In this document: positions 62,552-64,000 of the stretch, in pieces
Layout: every line of letters begins with the position of its first letter
How positions within the stretch are numbered: the first letter of the stretch is position 1
Assembly (NCBI GenBank): GCA_965261735.1
Contig: OZ253470.1
Location: forward strand, 4,608,001-4,672,000
Length of the DNA: 64,000 bases
Direction of reading: 5' to 3'
DNA from: Alphaproteobacteria bacterium
GTDB taxonomy: Bacteria > Pseudomonadota > Alphaproteobacteria > SHVV01
Program-made: the position numbers and the translations under genes
Notes under the pieces: model-generated
What the model was told of the DNA's origin: nothing
Databases searched by the model: none
Seen by the model: the letters and a program-made list of their open reading frames with translations, nothing else

Positions 62552-62670
62552 GGCACTAACCGATTTTCCCTCGCCCGCCGAACTATAGGACAGGCATACG
62601 ATGTACTTTTCTGACCGACATCGATTGTACGCCCTGATGCGGCCATGTCAAACATGCTCTGCACGAAGAT

Positions 62671-62712
62671 TTGTAGAAATACTAAAAATTACTAGAATAG
62701 TATGTAATTTAT
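62671..62712. promoter_or_regulatory. AT-rich promoter/operator upstream of cysG
   Basis: AT-rich patch with ATACTA-N13-TAGTAT (62679-62703). Confidence 0.4.
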
Positions 62713-62758
62713 GCGTGGCGACGCTTCACACCGGAGCGCGCAGGGGCGGGGCCGCGCT

Positions 62759-63500
62759 TTAGCGCAGATTGCGTTGGGTGATGGTCCGGGCCGTAATTCC
62801 TGGTTTCAGCCGGTTGTCCGGCCCGTAATCGTCGCGGCTGTGAAAGAACAGCGGCTCGGTCGACTCCAGCGTCGTCAACCGCTCACGATAGGCGGCGAGG
62901 TGGCGACGCTGCGTCGCCTCCTCGCCGAACGTGCCGGCCCAGGCGACGAAGGGGCGCCGCACCTCCATGCCGATGTAATACAGGCAACCATTGTGAATGG
63001 GCCACAGGTTGACGAGCACGTCGCCATGGAACCCGTCGCCCCTCATGTCGGTCTCGGCCGCACCCATGGTCACCGCCAGCATCGCCCGTTTGCCGACCAG
63101 GTAGCCGCGGTCGTAGAAGTGCTCATGGTCATAGATGGCGCCGACGGCGTAAGTGCGGTCGATCCAGCCCTTGAGGATGGCGGGCACGGAGAACCACCAC
63201 AGCGGGAACTGCATGATGAGCATGTCGCACGCACGGAGCTTGTCGATCTCGCCTTTGACGTTGCGGGCGAAGCCCGCATTCTTTGCCGCAAAGCTCTGCT
63301 CCCTGCCGTAGCGGAAGGCATCCGCGTCGCGCTCGGTCGTGAAGTCCTGCCGGCTGTGAACGGCCTCGAAGTTCATCGCGTGGAGGTCGGACAGGACCAC
63401 CTCGTGGCCCTGCTCGGCCAGGACCTCGAGCGCGAGATCGCGCAGTTTTGCGTTGAAGCTCTTGGGCTCGGGGGTGGGCATAGACGTAGAGCACGTTCAT
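62759..63500 (-). pseudogene. NAD(P)H:quinone oxidoreductase (flavodoxin_2) with +1 frameshift in a C5 run
   Basis: MNVLYVYAHP / EPKSFN..SDL..QFPLWWFSVPAILKGWIDR; extra base at 63470-63474 (possibly a sequencing error). Confidence 0.8.
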
Positions 63501-63585
63501 CCGGCGCTCCTTGTTGGACCGCGTGGCGCGCGGTCGGGGCCATCGCCTGCGAATAGGAAGGCCGCACCGGAGCGCGGCGGGTCGC

Positions 63586-63864
63586 TCAATGAAGTGTCAG
63601 ATGGTGGGACGCTACCCTCAGACGGTCCGTCTTGGCCAGCGCGCTCGTTCCGACCTGGACCGAATGAATTCGGCCGTCGAGATTCTCTTCCCAGAACGTC
63701 AGGAACCGTTTCAGGCCGGGATAGTCGGGCGCGAGATCGATCTGCTGCCAAGTATAGCTTTGCAGTAGGGCCGGGTAGTCGGGCATGAAGTAGAGGATCT
63801 CGGCCGTCGTCAATCGGTACCGGAAGTACTGGCCGACGGGGCGAGTCGCCGCAACACGCTGCAT
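63586..63864 (-). CDS. Usg family protein
   Basis: LTTAEILYFMPDYPALLQSYTWQQIDLAPDYPGLKRFLTFWEENLDGRIHSV. Confidence 0.85.
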   Translation of the reverse strand: MQRVAATRPVGQYFRYRLTTAEILYFMPDYPALLQSYTWQQIDLAPDYPGLKRFLTFWEENLDGRIHSVQVGTSALAKTDRLRVASHHLTLH

Positions 63865-64000
63865 GAGCCACCACTCTACACGCGCCGAGACTCACCTTCG
63901 ACGCCACGGGAATATGACACTGCGACGCCAAAAAGTCAAGAGAATCAAATGATTAGCAGCAAACCCTCGGATTGGCTAGTAAAATGAAAATGACCTCTTG

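Noticed and set aside
63953-63979. CIRCE operator upstream of usg
   Set aside because: TTAGCAGCA-N9-ATTGGCTAG has too many mismatches to TTAGCACTC-N9-GAGTGCTAA.
1-64000. CRISPR array, tRNA or rRNA genes
   Set aside because: No regularly spaced direct repeats or recognisable structural RNA genes seen; long repeats are IS copies or paralogous genes.

Overview
GC-rich alphaproteobacterial-type chromosome segment in three parts. (1) 1-13.1 kb: nucleoside catabolism and uptake (PNP, deoC, two-domain ALDH, deoA, add, a TrpF homologue, a convergent BMP-type ABC transporter) plus an ICL/PEP-mutase enzyme. (2) 13.3-58.7 kb: an IS-riddled, partly decaying catabolic region. It has six Rieske oxygenase alpha subunits (one VanA-like, five CntA/YeaW-like paralogues, two IS-disrupted), hydantoinase A/B, an amidohydrolase, OYE, RidA, LLM monooxygenase, MmgE/PrpD, alpha/beta hydrolase, two-domain VOC protein, TauD-family enzyme, aminotransferase, SDR and formamidase. 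Ten IS elements have readable ends and target duplications (IS3, IS1182, 3x IS630, 3x IS1595, ISKra4, IS256), including nested insertions. (3) 58.7-64 kb: cysG-DUF2849-sulfite/nitrite reductase-DUF934 operon, a frameshifted quinone reductase and Usg. Best second-look items: a GST with an in-frame UGA at its catalytic Cys followed by a SECIS-like hairpin (probable selenoprotein missed by the ORF track); a TauD-family enzyme with H-x-A instead of H-x-D (halogenase-like signature); the five-paralogue CntA-like expansion with no reductase in the window; a transposase-less, IR-bounded cassette-like element with paired palindromes; and a riboswitch-like leader with terminator upstream of a cation:proton antiporter. 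All family calls are from motif recognition by eye; no searches were run.
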